Assembly (NCBI GenBank): GCA_963667035.1
Contig: OY762964.1
Span: forward strand, 320,001 to 384,000
DNA length: 64,000 nucleotides
Reading direction: 5' to 3'
Source of the DNA: Candidatus Cloacimonadales bacterium
GTDB lineage: Bacteria; Cloacimonadota; Cloacimonadia; Cloacimonadales; JAFGVF01
Part shown: positions 27,730 through 38,075 of the stretch, one piece after another
Layout: each line of letters opens with the position of its first letter
Numbering within the stretch: the first letter of the stretch is position 1
Notes under the pieces: generated by a model
Seen by the model: only the letters and a program-made list of their open reading frames with translations
Told to the model about the DNA's origin: nothing
Database searches by the model: none
Program-made: the position numbers and the translations under genes

Positions 27730-29130
27730 CTAAAACTGAAAATAGATGAACTGACTTTGGTCAAATACACCCAATGAAACAATATATATCAAGATGAACA
27801 ACATTGATGCGTATCTAACTACTATATTAGGATTGCTAAACAACTTAAGTTCAGGTTTAAACTCTCCCAAATAGTCGTTTATGAAAAGAATGAAAATTGC
27901 CATAACAGAGAATGAGAATATCCCGATATCTCCTGTATAAAGACTCATACTATTAAAGCTTAATATCTTTTTAATGATTTCAAATGCTGCACCAACAGAT
28001 GGAGCTCGGAAGAATATCCAAGCAAAAGAAACAAGAACAAACACAACAGCAATTCTGATAAGTTTAGGAACTTTAATCTTACTAAGTGATTTTTCAATAA
28101 TCAGATAGAGACCGTGTAAAGCTCCCCATACGATAAAAGTCCAATTAGCACCATGCCAAAATCCGCTCACAACAAAGGTAATAAACAGATTTCTCTTAGT
28201 CTTAAAGGCACCGGCACGACTTCCTCCAATCGGAATATAGAGATAGTCCCTAAACCATGAGGAAAGAGATATATGCCATCTTTGCCAAAACTCCTTAAAG
28301 GAAGTTGCAAGATATGGACGATTGAAGTTCTGCATTAATGAGAAACCGAAGAGCTTAGCGCATCCAATAGCTATTAATGAATATCCGCCGAAATCGCAAT
28401 ATATCTGAACAGCAAAGAATACCGTTGCAACTATCAAAGATATGCTTGAGTGCATTGGAACATTACCATAGACATTATCTACATAAAGAGATATTCTATC
28501 AGCGATACCTACTTTCATGAACATACCCCATAACATCATTTTAAGTCCTGCGGAGGCATTATCATAATCGAATTTACGTGGTTTATAGAATTGAGGAAGC
28601 AGATGTGTAGCTCTTTCAATAGGACCTGCAACCAGTTGTGGGAAGAAACTAACAAAAGCACCGAAAGCAATGAAATCTTTTGTAGGTTGTAACTTACGAT
28701 TATACACATCGATAGTATAGCTAAGAGTTTGGAAGGTGTAGAAGCTTATCCCAACAGGAAGAATGATGCTAAGCGTTCGAGCGTTTAGGGTAAAACCGAA
28801 GAAAGTGAAAGCATTAATAAAACTATCCAGAAAGAAGTTGTAGTACTTAAAGAACATTAGAAATCCGAGATTAACTATTATGCTAGTCCACAATAACATC
28901 CTTCGAGGTCGCTTTTGCTCATACTTTGATAATCCCAAACCTACTGAGTAATCAACAATTGTACTAAAGGCAATTAGTGAAAGAAATCTCCAATCCCACC
29001 ATCCGTAAAAGACATAACTTGAAACAAGGATAAGTAGGTTTTGCGATTTAAGGTTTTTGTTTGTTACAAACCAATACAGAAAGAAAACAACAACCAGAAA
29101 TATTCCGAACTCAAAAGAATTAAATAACAT
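27730..29130 (-). CDS. MBOAT family O-acyltransferase (AlgI/PatA-like)
   Basis: MLFNS.EF, LPVGISFYTFQ, FFPQLVAGPIERA, FWQRWHISLS, SGFWHGANW, FIYFQF. Confidence 0.95.
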   Translation of the reverse strand: MLFNSFEFGIFLVVVFFLYWFVTNKNLKSQNLLILVSSYVFYGWWDWRFLSLIAFSTIVDYSVGLGLSKYEQKRPRRMLLWTSIIVNLGFLMFFKYYNFFLDSFINAFTFFGFTLNARTLSIILPVGISFYTFQTLSYTIDVYNRKLQPTKDFIAFGAFVSFFPQLVAGPIERATHLLPQFYKPRKFDYDNASAGLKMMLWGMFMKVGIADRISLYVDNVYGNVPMHSSISLIVATVFFAVQIYCDFGGYSLIAIGCAKLFGFSLMQNFNRPYLATSFKEFWQRWHISLSSWFRDYLYIPIGGSRAGAFKTKRNLFITFVVSGFWHGANWTFIVWGALHGLYLIIEKSLSKIKVPKLIRIAVVFVLVSFAWIFFRAPSVGAAFEIIKKILSFNSMSLYTGDIGIFSFSVMAIFILFINDYLGEFKPELKLFSNPNIVVRYASMLFILIYIVSLGVFDQSQFIYFQF

Positions 29131-29332
29131 ATATACACCTAATTATGATTACTCTTATATTTTATATGAAACAGCTTACATCCCATTTTCAAATACAGAT
29201 AACCGAAATAGCTGTCAATTATTATTGTAAAGTTCACTAATTTGTTAATAAAGGAATAGATATATGATTTATTGGTAAAGCATTTATGAACAAGATTAAA
29301 CTTGGGGAGACACGTCCGCACAACTTGCATTG

Positions 29333-31831
29333 CTATTTCATGATGATTAGCTTTATAGTTTTACTACTCCTTACTTCCACAGGTCTAACCAGATATAATC
29401 CATTAGGAGCAATATTGCCATTCTTAGTATAACCGTCCCACTCATTTGTACCGCTTAAAACATTTACGATTTGCCCTCTTAGATTATATATCTCCCAACC
29501 TACTTTATCATCTTTAGAATCAATTCGACAGATTCCCTTATATGGGTTGAAAGGATTAGGATAAATACTTATAGAATCTTGTACGGGAGGAACGGAACCT
29601 CCATTCGATTGTGAAGCATTTAAGACAATATTGTATAGTTGACCTGATGAAACCGGCATTGAGTTCTCAAATGTAGAAATCGCATCACCGGAGTAATCAT
29701 GATACTTAAACTCAATTACCGTACCATTTTGTGGTATTTGAACAAGCATAGTGCAGTAAATATTAGCTTCATAAATAATCGGAGATGCTATACCCAAGCA
29801 TTCTTCTCCAGCAAAAGCACCAACCCAATCGTTTGGTTCAGGAGTGAGGTTATTTAACTCAATGTATAATGTTGCAGTATTGTTCGGATAGACTGATAGT
29901 TCCCAGAGTGGCGACTCTCTATCACTAAATGCTACTGGAGTGGAATCATTATATACTAAACTTGTGTTATTACTAAGATTCATCCAATAGCCGTTTCCCG
30001 GAATCATCTCATCCAGAGTGTTGAAATATTCAGGCATTGTCGGATCGTAAGAATGATTTAAGTCTTTAACTTGAATTATACTACTAATTATGGATTGAAG
30101 AGCAATAGTAGGAGATAATGCAATCTGAGGCTTATATCCGACCATATTCCATCCGCCTTGCAAGTTAATATTGGATGATACATTTGTAGCAAATCCGGCA
30201 ATCTCAATGATTGCTTCCTCGTCCATGTTCACCCAGTAAGCATTATCAGTGTTTAAAAGGTTTAAAGTGTTGAAATGGTCAGGCATAGAAGGGTCATAAG
30301 ATTGAGTTAGATTCTTGACTTGAACAAGGTTTTCAGAGACTGATGCAAAAACTGTAGCAGGATTCATATCAGTCGATTCAGTGTTAAATGAAACAAGGTT
30401 CCATCCGGAATCTAAATCAATATTCTGCGTGATTCCTGTAACTCCGAATGTTACATTAAGGTTAGTTATACTACCATTTAAAACTTCAACATTGTTAAAG
30501 GTCTGATCAGGATATCCGGAGCAACTAACTGTAACATTGTATATACCTTCTGCTATAGGTCTATAAAAATCACCATTATCAGATTGAGAATGAACTGCTG
30601 AATTAGCATTATCATGTAAATTAATGAATATTTCTGCTTCAAGTGGATTCCCTAATTCATCTGTAACAACACCTCTAATCCCATATTGAGCTTCTTTTAA
30701 AAAATCAATGAAGGCTTGTCTGTTGTAATTATAGTAATCCGGTAGTAATGTGTTGTTAAGTAGCTTTGTACCTGAAATTTCAATAGTAACTTCTCTGCAT
30801 TGTTGAAAGTAATTCATCCAGTCTTGGCGACAGCCATCAGTTGTATACCAATCATAACCGTTAGTGATCCCATTGTTTTGTTCCGTGAAATATCCTGACG
30901 GAGAATCGTTTTGAACTGAAGTCGCATAGTTTCGACTAATATATTGGTACCAAGTGTCATCAACATGTCTTGTTGACCAAGTATCCCATGGATAGTTTAC
31001 TAGCTCCGCTCCCCCATGAAAATTAGCAGATAAAGTAAAATTATGTGCATTGGCAAAATCCATCTGACATTGATTTTCCTGAGCAGTTGGATTGCTGTCA
31101 CCGTTTGTATTACTTCCAGGGTCAATAAAGTTTCTATTCAAATCAATATCGTTTGTATTATAACGTCTTGCACTGTTTACGGTTTCATTCCCCCCATAGA
31201 AAGTACCGTCAGGGTTAGCAAGAGGATTTATAAAAATCTCCATATTGTTAACCATGTCGGTAAGCTCTATATCAGTGTTATAACTTTCACATAACTCATA
31301 AGCAAAACGTAATAATGCTACCCAACCAAGAGTTTCATCTCCATGCATAGTAGAAGTGTAATAAACTTCAGGTTCAGCTTCTTGAGTGTTAACATTATCA
31401 GATATCTTTAGAACCTGGATATCTCTTCCATCTTCCGAATATCCGATATGAATCAATTGGCAAATATCAGAATAGTTTGTAGATAGGCTCGATAACATTT
31501 GTTGATATACGCTATAAGTCGGATAAAGGTTCCAGTTATCCATTTGCGATATAGAAGTTGCCATAGAAACCCTTGAAGTACTATATGGTAATGGGATTTC
31601 TTGATATCTGATATTGTTTGTATTGAGGTTAGCCACTTCTCCAGGTAAAGCAAAAGCGTATACAAACTGACCATCTACTCTGTCAATAGAACATAAATCA
31701 GATAAAACATCAATTTCTGCTCTAGATTCAACTTTTATCTTAACATAAATCTCAGGACGCTGTTTTTCCCCTGCAAATACCTGTAATGCTATAAGCATAA
31801 TTGTTAAGAAGCTGACTAAGCGGTTCATCAT
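29333..31831 (-). CDS. Secreted M14 zinc carboxypeptidase with C-terminal sorting domain (FlgD/T9SS-like)
   Basis: Signal peptide; HGDE, DLNRNF, NFHGG..VNYPWD; transthyretin-like domain; two L..GWN repeats; YPNPFN..IYNLRGQ.V..WDG..GLYLV. Confidence 0.9.
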   Translation of the reverse strand: MMNRLVSFLTIMLIALQVFAGEKQRPEIYVKIKVESRAEIDVLSDLCSIDRVDGQFVYAFALPGEVANLNTNNIRYQEIPLPYSTSRVSMATSISQMDNWNLYPTYSVYQQMLSSLSTNYSDICQLIHIGYSEDGRDIQVLKISDNVNTQEAEPEVYYTSTMHGDETLGWVALLRFAYELCESYNTDIELTDMVNNMEIFINPLANPDGTFYGGNETVNSARRYNTNDIDLNRNFIDPGSNTNGDSNPTAQENQCQMDFANAHNFTLSANFHGGAELVNYPWDTWSTRHVDDTWYQYISRNYATSVQNDSPSGYFTEQNNGITNGYDWYTTDGCRQDWMNYFQQCREVTIEISGTKLLNNTLLPDYYNYNRQAFIDFLKEAQYGIRGVVTDELGNPLEAEIFINLHDNANSAVHSQSDNGDFYRPIAEGIYNVTVSCSGYPDQTFNNVEVLNGSITNLNVTFGVTGITQNIDLDSGWNLVSFNTESTDMNPATVFASVSENLVQVKNLTQSYDPSMPDHFNTLNLLNTDNAYWVNMDEEAIIEIAGFATNVSSNINLQGGWNMVGYKPQIALSPTIALQSIISSIIQVKDLNHSYDPTMPEYFNTLDEMIPGNGYWMNLSNNTSLVYNDSTPVAFSDRESPLWELSVYPNNTATLYIELNNLTPEPNDWVGAFAGEECLGIASPIIYEANIYCTMLVQIPQNGTVIEFKYHDYSGDAISTFENSMPVSSGQLYNIVLNASQSNGGSVPPVQDSISIYPNPFNPYKGICRIDSKDDKVGWEIYNLRGQIVNVLSGTNEWDGYTKNGNIAPNGLYLVRPVEVRSSKTIKLIIMK

Positions 31832-32017
31832 CTATACCTCCAATATCCTAACATGTTACTCCGTATTAACAAACTTATCATGTCAAATTAATTCTTTTGC
31901 AAACTTATCTAGTTTTTACTTGCTAAGATATTTATAGTTGTTTTGATAGCCTCAGAAAAGTAACTAAACTCATCGATTAGAATTAACAAGTTTTAGTAAG
32001 TCAATTAGGAGTTGAGA

Positions 32018-32977
32018 ATGAATACCGACTTAGAAAACAAAGAACAACAAGAAACTGAAGAAGAAGAAAAGAAAAAGAAATTTGAGTTCTTAATTGATTA
32101 TATCCCTCATTTAGCAGTGGCTGCAGTAATCACGATTGTTGGCTTAATTGTATTCAATTACAACTTTGATGTTAGAGTTGCTCATAGAGTAAGAGGATTT
32201 GAATACCAGTACAGTGTAAGCAAAGAACATTATGAGAAAGAGTCGTTTGAAGATAGAGCACTTAACTATGCAATAATCAAGTATTTCATGGAAAACCTTG
32301 ATTACAATTTCGAGGGATTAATCTCTAATGGTAAGAAAAGATTTACGACTCAAGCTTGGAAAGACGGATTTGAGAAATGGATGATATACTTATATCCATT
32401 GTACACTACAAAAGCAAAAATAACCTCTTTTGAAGAAGCTTTTTCAAGTACAACAAGCGGGAACAGGGATGGCTACCGTAACAAGCCCTATACTGCTTTC
32501 CTAAAATGTAATTTTGACATACTGCCTGAAGATTATAATCCCTATAACCTTCAATGCGTATCCGGTACAACGTTCCTTGAATCGCATCAAGGTGTAGAGT
32601 TTGAGTATACTTTGAATGAAAAAGCTTATGTTTCAGTCTTCTTACTATATCTGGATGATTTAAAAGTATTTAGGATTGCAAATGAAGTTAGTGATGCAGG
32701 AAGAAACTTCTTCCCACAAGATAGTTCAATGAAATTTGCTGCAAATGATTTACTTAGAGATGAATCAATCATTGTAACGGTCGCAACTCCTAAACCTTTA
32801 AAGATAGATACCATATTTAGCGAGCATGGAGCGGATACTATTAAAATGTATGATTTTTATAAAACTCTTCATAAGCAGAAGAAATTTAGTTTCTACATGA
32901 TACCATTATCCCGTCCGATAGGTAGTTCTAAAGTAGATCCTTATCATTTATCAAAAAATTTAAGACCTCAAATCTAA
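32018..32977 (+). CDS. Membrane-anchored hypothetical protein, possible C-terminal DUF4384-like domain
   Basis: SD AGGAG; acidic N-terminus, one TM; C-terminal VEF.YTLNEKAYVSVF...KVFRI...FP...ESIIVTVATPKPL pattern. Confidence 0.55.
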   Translation: MNTDLENKEQQETEEEEKKKKFEFLIDYIPHLAVAAVITIVGLIVFNYNFDVRVAHRVRGFEYQYSVSKEHYEKESFEDRALNYAIIKYFMENLDYNFEGLISNGKKRFTTQAWKDGFEKWMIYLYPLYTTKAKITSFEEAFSSTTSGNRDGYRNKPYTAFLKCNFDILPEDYNPYNLQCVSGTTFLESHQGVEFEYTLNEKAYVSVFLLYLDDLKVFRIANEVSDAGRNFFPQDSSMKFAANDLLRDESIIVTVATPKPLKIDTIFSEHGADTIKMYDFYKTLHKQKKFSFYMIPLSRPIGSSKVDPYHLSKNLRPQI

Positions 32978-32996
32978 CAAATTATTGATTAAAGAA

Positions 32997-33022
32997 AAGG
33001 CTGACAAACAATTATCAGCCTT
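32997..33022. terminator. Bidirectional terminator between convergent genes
   Basis: AAGGCTGACAA...TTATCAGCCTT. Confidence 0.55.
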
Positions 33023-33040
33023 ATAATTGTTCTTAAGCAA

Positions 33041-33598
33041 CTAATCCGTATTCAATAGTGAATACTGTAATACATCATAAAAAACTTTATCGTCTTCATG
33101 GAAACCTCTCTTTCTGAGAAGTCCTTCTTTAGTAAAACCAAGTTTTTCGACTAAAGCAACCGATGGTTTATTTTCAGGAGAAATAAGACATTGTATTCTA
33201 TGCAACTCCATTTCTGTGAAACAAAAAGATAGAATAGCTTTCATTGCTTCAGTCATGTACCCCTTTTTCCAGAACTTCCTGTTTAAATCATAACCCAGAT
33301 CTGCAATACTCTCTTTTACAAAATCATGCACAACCATGGTACCTATGAGAATTCCGGAACTTTTCTCTTCTATTCCCCACCTAATAGCAGACATGCTATC
33401 AAACTGATTGTTGAAATATTCAATTAACATCTCAGCCGTTTCTTCACTATCCGGACCTTTCCAATCCAAATACTCAGTTACATCTCGATTATCATAGATT
33501 TCAAAAAAGTCGTCAGCATCATCATACTCCATACGTCTAATTACTAAGCGATCTGTTTCCAATTCAGGAAAAGAGTTAAAAACTTCTCTAAAGCTCAT
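33041..33598 (-). CDS. GNAT N-acetyltransferase (RimJ/RimL family)
   Basis: FPELETDRLVIR, LGYDL...FWKKGYMTEA, N..S..LVEKLGFTKEG. Confidence 0.9.
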   Translation of the reverse strand: MSFREVFNSFPELETDRLVIRRMEYDDADDFFEIYDNRDVTEYLDWKGPDSEETAEMLIEYFNNQFDSMSAIRWGIEEKSSGILIGTMVVHDFVKESIADLGYDLNRKFWKKGYMTEAMKAILSFCFTEMELHRIQCLISPENKPSVALVEKLGFTKEGLLRKRGFHEDDKVFYDVLQYSLLNTD

Positions 33599-33606
33599 TG
33601 TAGCTC

Positions 33607-34866
33607 CTAATCTATAAAATTGTTGATTAAATCTGATTCTGTAAGTGAAACTTGAGTACTATCAGTAAGATTTTTAAGAATGAACTGATTTGTTTCAATT
33701 TCATTTTCTCCAATAATTAAAGCATACTTAGCATTAACTTTGTTAGCATTCTTCATTTGAGCTTTCATTGATAGTTTCAATGGGTCAAATTCAACAATTA
33801 CACCTTTTGCTCTCAGTTTTTGCATTATCTCAGCACCTTTTAAGAGTGATTGATCTCCAAGTATAACTGCATAAACATCCGGTTTATATTCATCACCCAT
33901 AAACAATCCTTCTTGCTCCAGCGAAAGAATTAAACGTTCCAAACCTGCTGCAAAACCAACTCCGGGAGAATCCTTACCACCCACTTGCTCAACTAAACCG
34001 TTATATCTCCCTCCACCACCTATGGCATTTTGAGCTCCCAATTCGTTGTTAAGAAACTCAAAGGCTGTATAAGTATAGTAATCCAATCCTCTTACAATTC
34101 TTGGATTAATACTGTATTCAATATCCATGGCTTTAAGATAACTCTGAACAGCCTCAAAATGCTCTCTACATTCTTCATCCAAATAATCTATCATCAAAGG
34201 AGCTTTCTCTGATATTGCATTACATGCAGGGACTTTACAATCCAGTAGTCTTCTGGGATTTTTTTCTAAACGAGTAATACAGTCACCGCATAGTTCGTGC
34301 TTTTGAGGTTCATAGTAATCAACAAGAGCTTTATTATACCTATCAGTTGAAGCTTTGTTACCTAATGAGTTAAGTTCTAACACAATGCCTTTCAAACCGA
34401 GTCTTTTTAAGAAAGTATATTGTATGGCAATAACTTCTGCGTCAACATATGGATGATTTGAGCCTATAGCTTCAACTCCATATTGATAAAATTGACGATA
34501 TCTTCCTTTCTGTGGTCTATCATATCTAAACATAGGTCCTATATAATAGAGTCTCTGAAGTCCACCATTTGCCTGCATATTGTTCTCAACATAGCTTCTG
34601 ACCACCGGAGCTGTTCCTTCTGGTCTTAAAGCAAATGTTCTTTGCTTATTATCCTTGAATTTGTACATCTCTTTCTGAACTATATCGGATGTATCACCAA
34701 CATTCCTCTCAAACAAATCAGCTTGTTCAAAAATTGGAGTAACAATTTCTTTATATCCAAACTCTGTAACGGTTTGTATAAATATCTTTTTTATGTAGTT
34801 CCAAGTATAGCTTTTATCCGGTAATATATCAAAAGTACCTCTTGGGATTGTGTATTTAACAGCCAT
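33607..34866 (-). CDS. hisS: Histidine--tRNA ligase
   Basis: PRGTFD, LRPEGTAPVVR, FRYDRPQKGRYRQF, VRGLDYY, GGGRY, GFAAGLERL. Confidence 0.97.
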   Translation of the reverse strand: MAVKYTIPRGTFDILPDKSYTWNYIKKIFIQTVTEFGYKEIVTPIFEQADLFERNVGDTSDIVQKEMYKFKDNKQRTFALRPEGTAPVVRSYVENNMQANGGLQRLYYIGPMFRYDRPQKGRYRQFYQYGVEAIGSNHPYVDAEVIAIQYTFLKRLGLKGIVLELNSLGNKASTDRYNKALVDYYEPQKHELCGDCITRLEKNPRRLLDCKVPACNAISEKAPLMIDYLDEECREHFEAVQSYLKAMDIEYSINPRIVRGLDYYTYTAFEFLNNELGAQNAIGGGGRYNGLVEQVGGKDSPGVGFAAGLERLILSLEQEGLFMGDEYKPDVYAVILGDQSLLKGAEIMQKLRAKGVIVEFDPLKLSMKAQMKNANKVNAKYALIIGENEIETNQFILKNLTDSTQVSLTESDLINNFID

Positions 34867-34960
34867 AACATCTCCTTGCGTTGTTTCGCATAATCATATT
34901 CTCAAATGTTTTGCTAATCAATGATTAGTCAATTCTTTTTAGGTGTTACATGTAATAGAA

Positions 34961-34988
34961 AAGGGATTCTTAAACTTAAGAATCCCTT
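34961..34988 (-). terminator. Terminator hairpin downstream of cutC
   Basis: AAGGGATTCTTAA / TTAAGAATCCCTT. Confidence 0.7.
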
Positions 34989-35008
34989 AAAATCTATCAT
35001 GATCTTTA

Positions 35009-35641
35009 TTATAATAATTTTCCAACAAGATTCCTTCCATGATAATATGGCTGATGTAATTTTGAATGGAGACGATTTACATTCTTATCGGTAATGTTAC
35101 CTGCAGGAATAATCTCCAATTCATAGTCTGCTATGTCATGCATCTTAATAATCATATCAAGTCCTGCTTCTGCAGTTTCTGCTCCTCCTGAAGAAAGAAT
35201 GTATTTCACACTCGGGTATTTCTTAAGAACCTCAACAGATTCAAGTATGTTATATGTTTGGTCAATTGCTTTATGGAAAGTTACAGGTATATCTCCTGTA
35301 GCTTTAAGAAGTTTCTTTAGAGCGGTTTCATTAATAGAGGCATCTTTTTTTAGAACACCTAACACGAATCCGGCAATCTTCATTGATTTAAACTCTCCTA
35401 TCGATGCACACATCTGGTCAATTTCTGCTTTAGAATAAACAAAATCACCTTCTCTTGGACGAATCATCACCTTCACAGGTATGTCAATAGCGTTTATAAC
35501 CAATCTTACCATCTCGATAGGTGGAGTTAAACCATCTTTTTCAAGATGAGAACAAAGCTCTAATCTGTCTGCTTTAAGCTCCCAAGCATAAAGTGCTTCC
35601 GAAAAGGACTCTACGCACACTTCTTTCCTAAAATTAATCAT
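35009..35641 (-). CDS. cutC: Copper homeostasis protein CutC
   Basis: EVCVES, ADRLELC, GLTP, VMIRPREGDF, TFHKAID, LSSGG; ATG 35641 with SD GGAG. Confidence 0.9.
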   Translation of the reverse strand: MINFRKEVCVESFSEALYAWELKADRLELCSHLEKDGLTPPIEMVRLVINAIDIPVKVMIRPREGDFVYSKAEIDQMCASIGEFKSMKIAGFVLGVLKKDASINETALKKLLKATGDIPVTFHKAIDQTYNILESVEVLKKYPSVKYILSSGGAETAEAGLDMIIKMHDIADYELEIIPAGNITDKNVNRLHSKLHQPYYHGRNLVGKLL

Positions 35642-35796
35642 ATATACTCCAAACATTGTTAATCGCAAGTTTGAATCATTAGAATAATCGTCAATAAAAA
35701 AGCTGTACTAAATATATAAATGTATCTGTTTTAAGACATTAGCAGATGGTTTTATATTTGTTTTGAGATTCCAAGTTGTATAAATATGTTAACTAA

Positions 35797-36438
35797 TTAA
35801 AGTCCATATACTTGTTTACGAATGAGTAATAATCTTTCTACTTCGCTATTATCCAAAAGAGGGATATCTCCCAATTGTTTTAAATTTAAATAAATCATGG
35901 CACACTGCTCAAGGGTTTCCAAGTTCTTATATGCTTGTTCAGCACTACTTCCAAATGTAGCAACACCATGTTTTTCCAACAATAAAGCTGAAGATTTACC
36001 AATCCTCTCTTTTATATCATTAGTAATGTCAATAGAGCCCGGAGTCCCATATCGAATCAAAGGAACAAAACCTAAAGTAATGATTAATTCAGCCAAAAAA
36101 GGTTTATCTAATGGAAGCCCTGCACATGCTAAAGTAGTAGCAGCTATCGGATGTGCATGACAGATGAACCTTACATCATTTCTATGCTTGTATATCTCAA
36201 GATGTAGTTTAGATTCTGAAGATGGTTGTTTGTTTGAATTTAAAGGATTACCTAACCTATCAATCATAATAACATCATCCATACTCAATCTACCCTTACA
36301 AACCCCAGACGTTGTTATCAGATATTGACTATCATTTATCTTACAACTTATGTTTCCGTCTGCAGCAATAGAATATCTATATTTGTACATCAACTGACCG
36401 ATTCTGATAATTTCTAGTTTTAAATCATTAATTGTCAT
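35797..36438 (-). CDS. Class II aldolase/adducin family protein
   Basis: DGNIS, PSSESKLHLEIY, HAHP, LLEKHGV. Confidence 0.9.
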   Translation of the reverse strand: MTINDLKLEIIRIGQLMYKYRYSIAADGNISCKINDSQYLITTSGVCKGRLSMDDVIMIDRLGNPLNSNKQPSSESKLHLEIYKHRNDVRFICHAHPIAATTLACAGLPLDKPFLAELIITLGFVPLIRYGTPGSIDITNDIKERIGKSSALLLEKHGVATFGSSAEQAYKNLETLEQCAMIYLNLKQLGDIPLLDNSEVERLLLIRKQVYGL

Positions 36439-36518
36439 TATACACTTCCGAAATAAAATTTGACATAATACTTCTGAACTAATTATATTTTTGTCAATAT
36501 ATACTCAAAGAGGTTGAA

Positions 36519-38072
36519 TTGATTAGACGACATTTGCTTACTGATATTTTGAAAGGTGTATTAATTGTTATTGTTGCTATATTCTTTTTATTTGCAATCT
36601 TATACAGTATCATTGCTCCTGAAGGAAGCCCATATTTACATAGCACTACTATTATAAGAAATGTTGTCTATATTCTTACAATAAGCTTTATAATCACTGT
36701 TGTAATCTTAGAAAACAGTAGTCCCATAAAAGCCTTAGCTTGGATATTAGCACTGGTATTCATACCTGTTGTAGGAATCTTTTTATACATTTATTTCGGT
36801 AGAAATTATCGTAAACGAAAGATGTACAACATTAAAGCCTTAAGTGATAATCAATTAGTTCAAAGGCTATTAAACGAGGGTATACAACGAAGTGACGAAG
36901 CTCTTTCTAAATTGAGTAATTCTTTCCAAATAAAAATAACCAAGCTTTTGTTAAACAACAGTAAAGCATTTTTAACAGTAAATAATGAAGCTGAGATTTT
37001 TAAAGACGGGATTGAAGCTTTTGGAGAAATATTCTCTCAGCTAAAAGAGGCAAAAGATCACATTCATTTAGAATACTTCTCAATTTCCAATGATTCTGTT
37101 GGAAATGAGTTAAGAGAAATTCTAATAAACAAAGCCAATGAAGGTGTTAAGATTAGATTTATCATTGATTATGTTGGCTCTATTTTTTTGAGTAAGAGAT
37201 TTGTCCGGAAAATGACACATGCCGGAATTGAAGTAACATACTTCTCTCCTTCTAAATTTCCTTTTATCAACAGCAGACTAAACTATAGAAATCATAGGAA
37301 AATCATTGTTATAGACGGAGAAACAGGATTTGTTGGTGGACTCAACATCGGAGACAGCTATATAAGCAAAAACAAGTATTTCGGATACTGGAGAGATACT
37401 CACATGAAGCTTAAAGGTGAAGCAGTAAGATCTTTACAGGCTATTTTTTCTTTGGATTGGCAATATACTACAAAAGAAAGTTTGTTTAGTGTAAGCAACT
37501 TCTTTCCGACTAAAATCATAAATCACAATCCTATACAAATAGTTTCCAGTGGACCTGATTCCGATTGGGCTAGTATTATGCAAGTCTATTTCTCTATGAT
37601 AGCAGGAGCCTCAAAATCCATTAAGATTACTAGTCCTTATTTAGTATTGGATGAGAGTCTTCTAATGAGCATTAAAACAGCAGCCCTAAGTGGCATTGAT
37701 GTTAAAATTATCATACCGGGTATTCCTGATCATCAGATAGTTTATTGGGGAACTCAATCCTATATTGAAGAATTATTGGAAGCAGGTGTGAAAATATTTA
37801 GTTACAAAAAAGGCTTCATCCATGCAAAGGTTTTAATAGCAGATCATCTATGTGCCTCAGTAGGTACAGCAAACATGGATATTAGGAGTTTCAAGCATAA
37901 TTTTGAGGTAAATGCTTTACTCTTCGGAAGCGATGCAATAGGGAAACTAATTGATCAGTTTGGTTTAGATTTGCTTGACTGTGAAGAATTTACTCTCACA
38001 GAATTTCAGAAGAGAGGGAAAGTGAAAAGGTTAAGAGAATCTGTATGTAGATTGTTCTCTCCTTTGTTATAA
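36519..38072 (+). CDS. cls: Cardiolipin synthase
   Basis: Two HKD motifs (RNHRKIIVIDG, HAKVLIAD); PLD N-terminal TM segments. Confidence 0.95.
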   Translation: MIRRHLLTDILKGVLIVIVAIFFLFAILYSIIAPEGSPYLHSTTIIRNVVYILTISFIITVVILENSSPIKALAWILALVFIPVVGIFLYIYFGRNYRKRKMYNIKALSDNQLVQRLLNEGIQRSDEALSKLSNSFQIKITKLLLNNSKAFLTVNNEAEIFKDGIEAFGEIFSQLKEAKDHIHLEYFSISNDSVGNELREILINKANEGVKIRFIIDYVGSIFLSKRFVRKMTHAGIEVTYFSPSKFPFINSRLNYRNHRKIIVIDGETGFVGGLNIGDSYISKNKYFGYWRDTHMKLKGEAVRSLQAIFSLDWQYTTKESLFSVSNFFPTKIINHNPIQIVSSGPDSDWASIMQVYFSMIAGASKSIKITSPYLVLDESLLMSIKTAALSGIDVKIIIPGIPDHQIVYWGTQSYIEELLEAGVKIFSYKKGFIHAKVLIADHLCASVGTANMDIRSFKHNFEVNALLFGSDAIGKLIDQFGLDLLDCEEFTLTEFQKRGKVKRLRESVCRLFSPLL

Positions 38073-38075
38073 ATT

